27,252 bases of DNA from a virus (taxonomy: Duplodnaviria; Caudoviricetes), in the IMG/VR virus record IMGVR_UViG_3300017780_003399, positions 1-27,252 of that record; one strand, given 5' to 3'. The notes under the pieces are model-generated. The model made no database searches and was not told the origin of the DNA. It saw nothing but the letters and a program-made list of their open reading frames with translations. Below are positions 7,766 to 15,129 of the stretch, one piece after another. Each line of letters begins with the position of its first letter. The stretch's first letter is position 1. The position numbers were made by a program, and so were the translations under genes.

Positions 7766-9177
7766 GCGCCCAGCGCCCTCGCTTGCACCCATCCGCTTAT
7801 CATGCAAACTTTGACTGGGTCTGTAATCGTGACACGGAAAACGCGCGCCCGCGACTTGCCCAGCCGCCGCCAACGCACTCGGACAGTCTCGCCAATCTTG
7901 CCGATGCTGGCCTGCAATTCATTGCTGAATGTTGCGCCGTTATCATCAGACCATTGCAGCACGGCCACGGCCCCTGAAAATCCGCCCACGCCCGTTTGCA
8001 TTTCGATTTGCAGCGCGTCAAAAACGTTCCAAGTGTCGTTATCGTTTGACACATACGGCGCGGCACGGATGCGCGGGATAGCCGCCCCATCGTCCGTATA
8101 GGTATCCAGCGCCATACTATAGACTTTGCCATTCTGCCAATCTCCAACCATCGTCAGCCCGGCAAAGGTCATCTGGCAATTGCTGCGGTGGCGGTTTAAC
8201 AGGCCGGTGTCATCACGCCATGCCCGTTCGTGCCACAAGTCGCTTGCCACGTCATAAACCCACGTCGCGTTGCCGGATGGGAAGGTCAGGACATAATAGA
8301 GGTGGCCTTCCTGCTGATAGGTATAAGCCACCGCGTCGCTGATCGTGGCATAACTGGCAATTGCAAACTCAATGGCATGGGTGGAAACACGCGCCGGGGT
8401 ATAGCCGTTGGCACGGTAGACCACGCCCTGCCCACGGTCATCAGCGCCGAGCCAAAACACCGTGTTATCAGCCTTGGCAATAGACCTTGCAGCCGCGCAA
8501 CCAACTTCAAGAAATGCGCCTTGCAGCCGGGTAAAGACTTGATCCAGGCCGCCGCTGTTATACCAAACCTCCGTGCTGTTTTCGCCAAACAACCACACTT
8601 CGCGGTAGTTGACGATGCTGCCCACCAGATTGTCCGGCGATCCTTCCGCCGTAGCAAAAGACAGCCCGTCAATGTCGCTGCTGTAAAGCTCCGTCCATTG
8701 GAACCTCCCGGTGCCAGGCGTTGACCAGACAAAGTAGCCGTCTAAAAAATCAACATTGATGCCGCCAAGGAAGTCCGTGTCGGCAATTGCTGTTACCGTG
8801 CCAGCAAGCGGGTTGATGAAATAACCGTCCGCCGCGCCCGTCACCAACATGACAAGCGTGCCGTTGCTGGCCATGCTGACAGGGGACAATCCGCCGCTGA
8901 TGTTGCCAATCAAAGTCGCCGCGCCGGCCGTTGTCACGCGGTAAACGCCCGCGCCAGACACAACAATTGCCAGCGCCGGGGTGAATCGCAGCACCGCTCG
9001 GATAGGCCCGGTTCCAATAGTCTGCCACAGCGCAAGGCCCGGTGTCCCCACCAACATGGCGACGCTGCGGCTTGTGCCTGAACCGCTCAATTCAGGATAA
9101 AGGTTGACGCATCGTTGGCAGTCAAAGGCCCGCGACCGCGCTTGATAAGCCCCGCCAACAAAGGGGAACGACGGCAT
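7762..9177 (-). CDS. Packaged DNA stabilization / tail hub protein (P22 gp10-like)
   Basis: 471 aa beta-propeller-like sequence; CVNLYPE, FATAEGSPD, YQQEGH.YYVLTFP and WRRLG motifs; synteny. Confidence 0.85.
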   Translation of the reverse strand: MPSFPFVGGAYQARSRAFDCQRCVNLYPELSGSGTSRSVAMLVGTPGLALWQTIGTGPIRAVLRFTPALAIVVSGAGVYRVTTAGAATLIGNISGGLSPVSMASNGTLVMLVTGAADGYFINPLAGTVTAIADTDFLGGINVDFLDGYFVWSTPGTGRFQWTELYSSDIDGLSFATAEGSPDNLVGSIVNYREVWLFGENSTEVWYNSGGLDQVFTRLQGAFLEVGCAAARSIAKADNTVFWLGADDRGQGVVYRANGYTPARVSTHAIEFAIASYATISDAVAYTYQQEGHLYYVLTFPSGNATWVYDVASDLWHERAWRDDTGLLNRHRSNCQMTFAGLTMVGDWQNGKVYSMALDTYTDDGAAIPRIRAAPYVSNDNDTWNVFDALQIEMQTGVGGFSGAVAVLQWSDDNGATFSNELQASIGKIGETVRVRWRRLGKSRARVFRVTITDPVKVCMISGWVQARALGA

Positions 9178-9614
9178 TACTTGGCCCTCTCATCAAAGAC
9201 AACAACGCCATTTGGCAGCACAAGCTGATCGCGGTCATTCCACATAGGCGCTCCAGACTTTGGACGCGCATAGCGGCTTTCACCGGAAAACGTCTGGTGA
9301 AGTGGCGTTTTGAACGTATCTGTATAATGGGGCATCCCATCGTTCTGATTGATTGCTGTCGTGCCACCGCTTTTCCAAAAGCCGCGCATGTCATAATCGT
9401 CTGTAATCGGCGCTTTTGTTGCTGCCGCCCATTGCTGAAAAGCCGCTTCCTCTTTTGGTGTCAATTTGGTCAGCATTGCGCGCCAGTTTGGCACAGCGTA
9501 TCTGTTTTGCCACGGCGCGGGTGGCGGTGGCTTTCCAATTTGGCCAATCTGCGTTGTGCCGACTTGGGACGGGCCAAGCATCGCCATCAAATCTGCTATG
9601 GCAACGCCGGCCAT
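9177..9614 (-). CDS. Hypothetical protein with a motif-rich orphan domain
   Basis: Coupled on both sides; Pro-rich linker then LTPKEEAAFQQW..YDMRGFWK..HYTDTFKTPLHQTFSGESRY. Confidence 0.65.
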   Translation of the reverse strand: MAGVAIADLMAMLGPSQVGTTQIGQIGKPPPPAPWQNRYAVPNWRAMLTKLTPKEEAAFQQWAAATKAPITDDYDMRGFWKSGGTTAINQNDGMPHYTDTFKTPLHQTFSGESRYARPKSGAPMWNDRDQLVLPNGVVVFDERAK

Positions 9615-10324
9615 TAGTAGCCGCCTCGGAACGTGGGGATAGGCCCGCGCAACAGGCTCACGTCAAGCCGCGAAACGGAGGGCGTCCGGTTGGACTTGCG
9701 AAGCGCGGCCTTGCTGGCTCGGACGCCAGCCATTTGCGTTGCATCCATCTGAACGCCATAATCAGCCGCCAATTCAGCCGCCAACTCCCATTGCAGCGCG
9801 CGGATATAGCCCGGCGGAAACGCCATGACGTTGGTAAGGTCGGTCAATGCCGGAATTTGCACCGAATAATCAACATTCAGCGTGATTGCCTGCGCGGGGG
9901 TTGGCCACAAAAACAGCCGCCCATCAGGGTAGTCGTTTAGATAGGCATATCGCAGCGGATAAAGCGTGCTGGTGGCCTTGACCGTGGCGGCCATATATTG
10001 GTCATACGTCCAAGGCGCAACGCGGTAATCTACCCCGTCAAAGCTGCCATAAACGCCCTCAATCTCTACAGGGCGCGGCGCGGATGTAACCAGCGTGCCA
10101 GACGGCCCAATCGTGTAAGCAGCGGTGCCAGGTGTCAGGGTAAAGGCTTGTGCGGCACTTTCCCAAACGGACATGGCTTCGATGTTGTAGCTTTCGATCA
10201 CATCGCCCAATGCGGCTAGGCCATCGGCCGCTTCCGCAGCGGTGGGCGTTTCACCCGTGGCGATGACGCCCAGCTTGCGCATAGAATTTGTGATAAGCGC
10301 AAGTGCTGTAATGCCAGTGGGCAT
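9614..10324 (-). CDS. Head-to-tail adaptor (P22 gp4-like)
   Basis: N-terminus LITNSMRKLGVIATGETPTAAEAADGLAAL; PPGY.RAL..LA.ELA..YG near the C-terminus; synteny after the coat gene. Confidence 0.8.
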   Translation of the reverse strand: MPTGITALALITNSMRKLGVIATGETPTAAEAADGLAALGDVIESYNIEAMSVWESAAQAFTLTPGTAAYTIGPSGTLVTSAPRPVEIEGVYGSFDGVDYRVAPWTYDQYMAATVKATSTLYPLRYAYLNDYPDGRLFLWPTPAQAITLNVDYSVQIPALTDLTNVMAFPPGYIRALQWELAAELAADYGVQMDATQMAGVRASKAALRKSNRTPSVSRLDVSLLRGPIPTFRGGY

Positions 10325-10342
10325 GGGCTATCCCCTAAAGGG

Positions 10343-10368
10343 TGGGGGCGGTTGTTACGCCGCCCCCA
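10343..10368 (-). terminator. GC-rich hairpin, probable (weak) terminator after the capsid/decoration genes
   Basis: Minus strand TGGGGGCGG-N8-CCGCCCCCA followed by CCCTTTA; the U-tract is poor. Confidence 0.5.
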
Positions 10369-10373
10369 TTCGA

Positions 10374-10766
10374 TCAGTTGAACACAGTCGGGCTGGCCGG
10401 CTTGATGTCCCACGATACCACCGTTGCGGCGGTTGCGTTAGCATTGCCGGTGATGGTGAATGAGCCGTTTGCCGGCGTGACGCGCAAGATGCTCGTCAGG
10501 GTGGCATCGGCCGCCGCCTGCGCAACACGTGCGCTAACAACAGTGGTTGCGGTCATGTTCGGATTGGTGACAACCACCGACGCTGCACCGGCTGCAATGG
10601 CAGCAAAACCGGCCGTGGTGGAGGTGGTCTGCGCGCCAGCCGTTGGGACGGCAACGCTGTTGCTGCCAAGCCCTTGAGCGATGATTGCGCTCTCAGTGGA
10701 CGCCGGCAGATTGACGATGGCCCCCGATGCGAAGCCCAGATACGAGCGGGAGAGAAGAACGGTCAT
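10374..10766 (-). CDS. Capsid decoration / minor head protein, 130 aa
   Basis: Start revised to ATG 10766 behind AAGGAG; Ala/Thr-rich beta protein immediately after the coat gene. Confidence 0.65.
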   Translation of the reverse strand: MTVLLSRSYLGFASGAIVNLPASTESAIIAQGLGSNSVAVPTAGAQTTSTTAGFAAIAAGAASVVVTNPNMTATTVVSARVAQAAADATLTSILRVTPANGSFTITGNANATAATVVSWDIKPASPTVFN

Positions 10767-10791
10767 GGTGTGAACTCCTTGGAATGTGGCA

Positions 10792-10819
10792 GGCCGGGCA
10801 GCACAATTACCGCCCGGCC
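10792..10819 (-). promoter_or_regulatory. Intergenic RNA hairpin after the coat gene (mRNA stabiliser/attenuator)
   Basis: GGCCGGGCGGU-AAUUGU-GCUGCCCGGCC forms an 11-bp stem with G-U pairs and no U-tract. Confidence 0.5.
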
Positions 10820-10828
10820 AAACATGCA

Positions 10829-12031
10829 TCAGGTGGCGTAAAGGCAGGCCAGTTCCGGATAGGTCGCAGCCCAACCAAACAGCACGTCAATGCGCGTGTT
10901 GCAGTTGTCATTGGTGCCATCATAATAGTCCGTGACCTTCAAGTTCATGCCCTTCCACGAAGCGGTCGAGCTGGCCACGCCAGTGGAACGCGGCGGGGTT
11001 GCCATCGGCACCATGGCCAGCGTGAACGCATCCTTGTGGAAGGCCACGTTGGCGTTATAGCTGCCAGATGCCGTGCCAAAAATGGCAAAGTTGGCCGCCG
11101 TGGTGGCATTGGTCACGTTCTGGAACGCGCCGGTTGGGGTGATCGCCGGGCTGATTGGCAACGCGGTTGCGCCGGCAATCAGATCAGCGGTGATGACGAA
11201 CTGCGCCAGCGTGCCGGTGGAAACACGCGATTGCGGGTTGACCGCAAACACGCCGGGGAACGTGATGCGAGTTCCGCGCGTGATCGAACCGGCCAAAGCG
11301 CCGCACGCGATGCTTGAACCAGACAGGCCTGCCGCAACCGCCGTCCCGGTGATGGCCTGGGTGCCGTTGGTGTGCAGATCAACGTTCTGGCCCATGTCAA
11401 CCGACATGCCGAAGCTGTCCACCACAAGCCCGTTGCCATATTGCTCGCTGATCTTGGGCTGGCTGTTGAACAGGCCAGACAAACCCTGGATCATTGCGCC
11501 GTTCAGGCCGGGGTTCATGACAAAACCACGCATACGGTCACGCGGCGCGGCGTTTTCGTCCATACGCTGGCCAACTCCCGTGAAAGCGGCGGTTGCCAGT
11601 GCGGCCGTGGTGGGCAGCGTGCCGGGCGTGCCAATGACGTTCGGCGTGGCAAAGCGCGCAAGCTGCAAGCCCTGCCGGTCGATTTCGTTGGTCACAACCG
11701 CCATGGCAGCGGCGATTTTCTGCGAAAGCTGCTGCACCTGGAGCGTGCGCTCAAAGCTGGTGAAGCTGATATCACAGCCGCCCTGCGAGAGCGTCAGCGG
11801 CACGGTGGTTTCCACAGTCGCCTGCGGCACAGCAACACGGCCGGCGCGATACTGATAACGCGGCGGGCGCTTGATGTTGATGGTCGCACCCGGCGAATAA
11901 CCGCGAGACTGGTTAGAGGTGAATTCATCCTCCCAATCGCGGTTGACCATGGCGGAAAAGGCAAGATTGTTCTGGAGAATGGCCAGCGCCTCCTTGGCGA
12001 CCAGCGAACTGAATGCAAGCGAATTGGACAT
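10829..12031 (-). CDS. Major capsid protein (P22 gp5 coat family)
   Basis: MSNSL...KEALAILQNNL, GATINIKRP, FHKDAFTLAMVPM, RIDVLFGW...YPELAC motifs; AAGGAAG RBS; follows the scaffold gene. Confidence 0.9.
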   Translation of the reverse strand: MSNSLAFSSLVAKEALAILQNNLAFSAMVNRDWEDEFTSNQSRGYSPGATINIKRPPRYQYRAGRVAVPQATVETTVPLTLSQGGCDISFTSFERTLQVQQLSQKIAAAMAVVTNEIDRQGLQLARFATPNVIGTPGTLPTTAALATAAFTGVGQRMDENAAPRDRMRGFVMNPGLNGAMIQGLSGLFNSQPKISEQYGNGLVVDSFGMSVDMGQNVDLHTNGTQAITGTAVAAGLSGSSIACGALAGSITRGTRITFPGVFAVNPQSRVSTGTLAQFVITADLIAGATALPISPAITPTGAFQNVTNATTAANFAIFGTASGSYNANVAFHKDAFTLAMVPMATPPRSTGVASSTASWKGMNLKVTDYYDGTNDNCNTRIDVLFGWAATYPELACLYAT

Positions 12032-12054
12032 TGATGCTTCCTTGTGGAGAAGCC

Positions 12055-12858
12055 CTAGAACCGAGCGCCCTGCCTACGCCGCTCTGCAACATAATCATCC
12101 ATTGATACCCTTGTGAGGTCAACAGAACGGCCGCTGCTTTGCGTGTTGATTGGGGTAATCGGTGCCGGGGCATTGCTGGGTTGCTTGACAGCCGGGGCCA
12201 TCAACGTGGTTTCAAGCTTGCCGAGTTCAATCGCGGCGCGGGTTGCGGACATGGCATTAAGCCGAGCCGCCACGTCAGGATTTTTGGCGATATGATAGAC
12301 CAACTGCGGCCCGTGATCGCTGTCCAACAACGCATCCACAACGTGCGGCATGACCGGCGTTGTGTTGCCGCTAACAACGGCAGCGTAATCAGGCAGGCCA
12401 ACGACCGCCTCAGCCTCTCGCGCTTGCCATGCCGACTGCCGGGCATTGTTTGCCGCCTGGTTGGCCTGTTGCTGTTGCACCTTGGCAACGGCCTGCTCGG
12501 CTTTCCATTCGGCCAATGCTTCAACATAATCGTCAGGGTCTGCGTAATGGTCGCGTGCCGGTTTTTCAGCCGGGGCTTCCTGCGCTGTTTGGGTAGCGAC
12601 CCCTCGCCAATACTCGACTTGACGCTCGGCTTCACGCCGGGCGCGCGTCAATTCATCAATGCGCTTTTGAACGCCATCGCCACCCTTGAACTTGCCCTTT
12701 TCATCGCGGGGCTGTTCATTGCCTTCGCCTTCATCGCCCGCTTCCGCGTCCCCCGTTTCCGGCGCTGCTGTGGCTTCCTCCACTTGCGGCGCTGTTACGG
12801 CTTCCGTGTCTGCAATCGGTTCCGGTGCAAGGTTTTCGGTGACGACCATTTCGCTCAT
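12055..12858 (-). CDS. Capsid scaffolding protein
   Basis: Acidic disordered N-terminus, RDEKGKF, VQKRIDELT coil, GPQLVYHIAKNP and C-terminal SMDDYVAERR; upstream of the coat gene. Confidence 0.85.
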   Translation of the reverse strand: MSEMVVTENLAPEPIADTEAVTAPQVEEATAAPETGDAEAGDEGEGNEQPRDEKGKFKGGDGVQKRIDELTRARREAERQVEYWRGVATQTAQEAPAEKPARDHYADPDDYVEALAEWKAEQAVAKVQQQQANQAANNARQSAWQAREAEAVVGLPDYAAVVSGNTTPVMPHVVDALLDSDHGPQLVYHIAKNPDVAARLNAMSATRAAIELGKLETTLMAPAVKQPSNAPAPITPINTQSSGRSVDLTRVSMDDYVAERRRQGARF

Positions 12859-12873
12859 GCACGCATCTCCAGC

Positions 12874-12965
12874 CCGTCATAACCGGACGGTGCGGTTAGC
12901 CCTTGGCCTGTTGCCCCGCGACGGGCTTGCATCGCGGCAGTATAACTGTGTGGTATCTAAATACC
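12874..12965 (-). promoter_or_regulatory. Candidate late promoter and structured leader of the scaffold/coat operon
   Basis: TATACT (-10-like) at 12944-12939; near-palindrome GGTATCTAAATACC at 12952-12965; hairpins at 12916-12937 and 12874-12890. Confidence 0.5.
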
Positions 12966-12994
12966 GTAAAAGCAGCACGCACGCAATAGCGGCA

Positions 12995-13549
12995 TTACCA
13001 CGCCGCCATTAGCAATGCTTCAATATCATCCTCATCATCCGCGTCGGCTTTTGCGCGTGCGGCGGCTTGTGCCACGGCAACCGCTTGGGCGCGCTGCAAG
13101 GCGGCTTCACGGCGCTCGGCGCGGCGCAGAAACACCTCATCGGCAGCAACACCCCTTGCGGCTTCACGCGCCTTGGCAAGCGCGCCCGCAACGTCAAACG
13201 CGGGCGTTTGCGGCAATGCCAGCTTGGCGCGAGGCGGGCGCGGTGTCTCAACAGCAGGCAACGGTTCCGGCGCTTCGTCAATGTAGCGCCGGTCGCGCCT
13301 GGACTTAGGCCAATTCCAAGCCGCGCCGCCAACAAACTGCGGTTGAACGTCCTCAATGTCAGCGAGTGCGGACATCGCATCGTCTTGTTCAACAACGGCA
13401 ACGCTGGCGCTTAACGGCGTTACAATAACCGCATTGCCGGCCGCCGTGTCATTGGCTTCTGTTGCGGTAACGTCTGCGGTTAGGCTTACACCAGCGTCAA
13501 TCTGGAAAAACCCAAGCGGCAAAAACCCAAGCGGCCAAAAGCCCAACAT
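12995..13549 (-). CDS. Hypothetical protein (LGFxP-repeat N-terminus, acidic DDEDDIEALL C-terminus)
   Basis: TGATG coupling to the upstream gene; ends at the intergenic leader. Confidence 0.65.
   Translation of the reverse strand: MLGFWPLGFLPLGFFQIDAGVSLTADVTATEANDTAAGNAVIVTPLSASVAVVEQDDAMSALADIEDVQPQFVGGAAWNWPKSRRDRRYIDEAPEPLPAVETPRPPRAKLALPQTPAFDVAGALAKAREAARGVAADEVFLRRAERREAALQRAQAVAVAQAAARAKADADDEDDIEALLMAAW
13506..13535. repeat. Two perfect 15-bp tandem copies (aaaaacccaagcggc) encoding LGFxP repeats
   Basis: Copies at 13506-13520 and 13521-13535; the protein begins MLGFWPLGFLPLGFFQ. Confidence 0.8.
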
Positions 13550-13785
13550 CAGCCGGTCAATGCCGCAATAACGGCTTCGAGCTGCGCCACCCGCGCTTCC
13601 AGATCAATAGGATCGGCAACAGGGTCAGACGGTGCAGGCGGAACAACAGCGCCGTCAACATATCCCCAACCAATCGCGGCATGATGCCCGTTGATATAGG
13701 TATATCCAGCGGGGCCGGGCGTGCCATCGGCAACCGTCACCACGTTCATCATAACGTTGTCTGCAACAAGCGCCCAATAAGCCAT
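13549..13785 (-). CDS. Small fibre-associated protein / assembly chaperone-like, 78 aa
   Basis: Start revised to ATG 13785 (MAYWALVADNVMMNVV); AAIGWGYVDG..PP motif and C-terminal coil LEARVAQLE; follows the Gly-rich gene. Confidence 0.65.
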   Translation of the reverse strand: MAYWALVADNVMMNVVTVADGTPGPAGYTYINGHHAAIGWGYVDGAVVPPAPSDPVADPIDLEARVAQLEAVIAALTG

Positions 13786-13786
13786 A

Positions 13787-14725
13787 TCAGCCCCGCCATT
13801 CAATAAAGATGCACCCCGACGTGCCATCACCGCCCGCTCTGGACGTGGCACTGGATGTTGACGCGCCGCTTCCACCCGCGCCAAACCCTGAACCAGCAAT
13901 CCCCGCCGCATCGCCAGAACGGCTGCCGCCACCAACGCCAAAGCCAAGCCCCGGTGACCCACCAAAGCCGGACGTGCCCGCCGCTGATGCACTAGCGCAA
14001 GCCCCGCCCGGCCCGCCCGTAATACTTAAACCGCTAGGAGCCGCAGGGATATTGGTTGTTCCGCCGCCCGCGCCGCCAAGAGCTTGCGCCCCAGAAGGGC
14101 CGCCCGTTCCAGCAATCGCGGTGTAAGTTGTGCCGTTGATTGTAATGGTTGTATCTGTGCCAGATCCTCCGGGATTGGCAACGCCAGCAGCGCCGCCCGC
14201 GCCGGCCGCGCCAATGGCAATCGTGTATCCGGTGGAAGGCGCAAGGCCGGTGACAAAAAACACACCAGCGCCGCCCGCGCCGCCACCAGCCGCCTTAGAG
14301 CTTGCCGTGGCAGGGACACTTGCACCGCCGCCGCCGCCTCCAACAATTGAAATCTTGAATGTCGTGTCGCTGGTAACGTTGGCCGGGCTTGTCCAAGTCA
14401 CGCCGCTAGTGATAATTTCTTGGCCGGACGCAAAATCAAACGATGACGGGGTGATGAACACCTTGGCCGCCGATGTCAGGCTGATTGCGCTCCCGGTTGT
14501 GCTGGCCAGCAACGTGCCGCGCGTCAGGGTTGTGCCGGCCGCCGTGTAAACGCCGCGCCGCAACTCCCGGTTGCTGCCATCTTCTACCGCATATGTCACG
14601 GTCTCACCGTCCGCCACACCCGACGCGGCAAAGGTGATGCCGCCGTCAACGGCAGCGCCAAGCGTGATCGTGCCGGTGCCAGGCGTGCCGGATACCGTCA
14701 TGCGCGCGAGATCGTGAAGCGCCAT
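13787..14725 (-). CDS. Glycine-rich fibre-like virion protein, 312 aa
   Basis: Start ATG 14725 (TAATG). N-domain GTGTITLG...GVYTAAGTTLTR, then IVGGGGGG...GGAGGAG...GGDGTSGCIFIEW Gly-rich domain. Confidence 0.75.
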   Translation of the reverse strand: MALHDLARMTVSGTPGTGTITLGAAVDGGITFAASGVADGETVTYAVEDGSNRELRRGVYTAAGTTLTRGTLLASTTGSAISLTSAAKVFITPSSFDFASGQEIITSGVTWTSPANVTSDTTFKISIVGGGGGGASVPATASSKAAGGGAGGAGVFFVTGLAPSTGYTIAIGAAGAGGAAGVANPGGSGTDTTITINGTTYTAIAGTGGPSGAQALGGAGGGTTNIPAAPSGLSITGGPGGACASASAAGTSGFGGSPGLGFGVGGGSRSGDAAGIAGSGFGAGGSGASTSSATSRAGGDGTSGCIFIEWRG

Positions 14726-15129
14726 TATGCATTGCCCCCGGTAATGGCCAGCGAGGTGAATTGGCACGTTAGACCAATCGAAACCGTGGTTGTGTTAAGG
14801 ATCATATCGCTTGTTGCCGTGCCCGCGCTGCCATCAACCACCGCAGTGCCACCGCTTGTGACAATGCGAAACCATGACGCAGTGCCAGCCGCAAGCCCGG
14901 TTGTGTTGGCCACTGCCGCCGATGTCAGCACGCCAGCCGCAACACTGCCAAAACCGCCCGCGTTGCCCGTCCATTCGGCAAGCAACACCTGCGTGGTGAT
15001 AGCAGTCCCAGGCCCGGCCGGTTGCGCGCCGTCATAAAGCCGTATCTTGCAGGACGTGCCAATGTCTGTGTTGAGCGAGGTCAATTGGCTGTCGCGCGTC
15101 GCCACGCTGTATTTCAAGTTAAGAGGCAT
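14725..15129 (-). CDS. Virion structural protein, 134 aa
   Basis: IRLYDGAQPA...LLAE and GTASWFRI..SGGTAVVDG motifs resemble phage virion proteins; GGAGGG-like RBS within the portal 3' end. Confidence 0.7.
   Translation of the reverse strand: MPLNLKYSVATRDSQLTSLNTDIGTSCKIRLYDGAQPAGPGTAITTQVLLAEWTGNAGGFGSVAAGVLTSAAVANTTGLAAGTASWFRIVTSGGTAVVDGSAGTATSDMILNTTTVSIGLTCQFTSLAITGGNA

Noticed and set aside
10767-10874. Possible T7-style -1 frameshift fusing the coat to the decoration protein (the -1 frame is open across the coat stop)
   Set aside because: No canonical X XXY YYZ slippery site, the hairpin is too far downstream, and the decoration gene has its own strong RBS.
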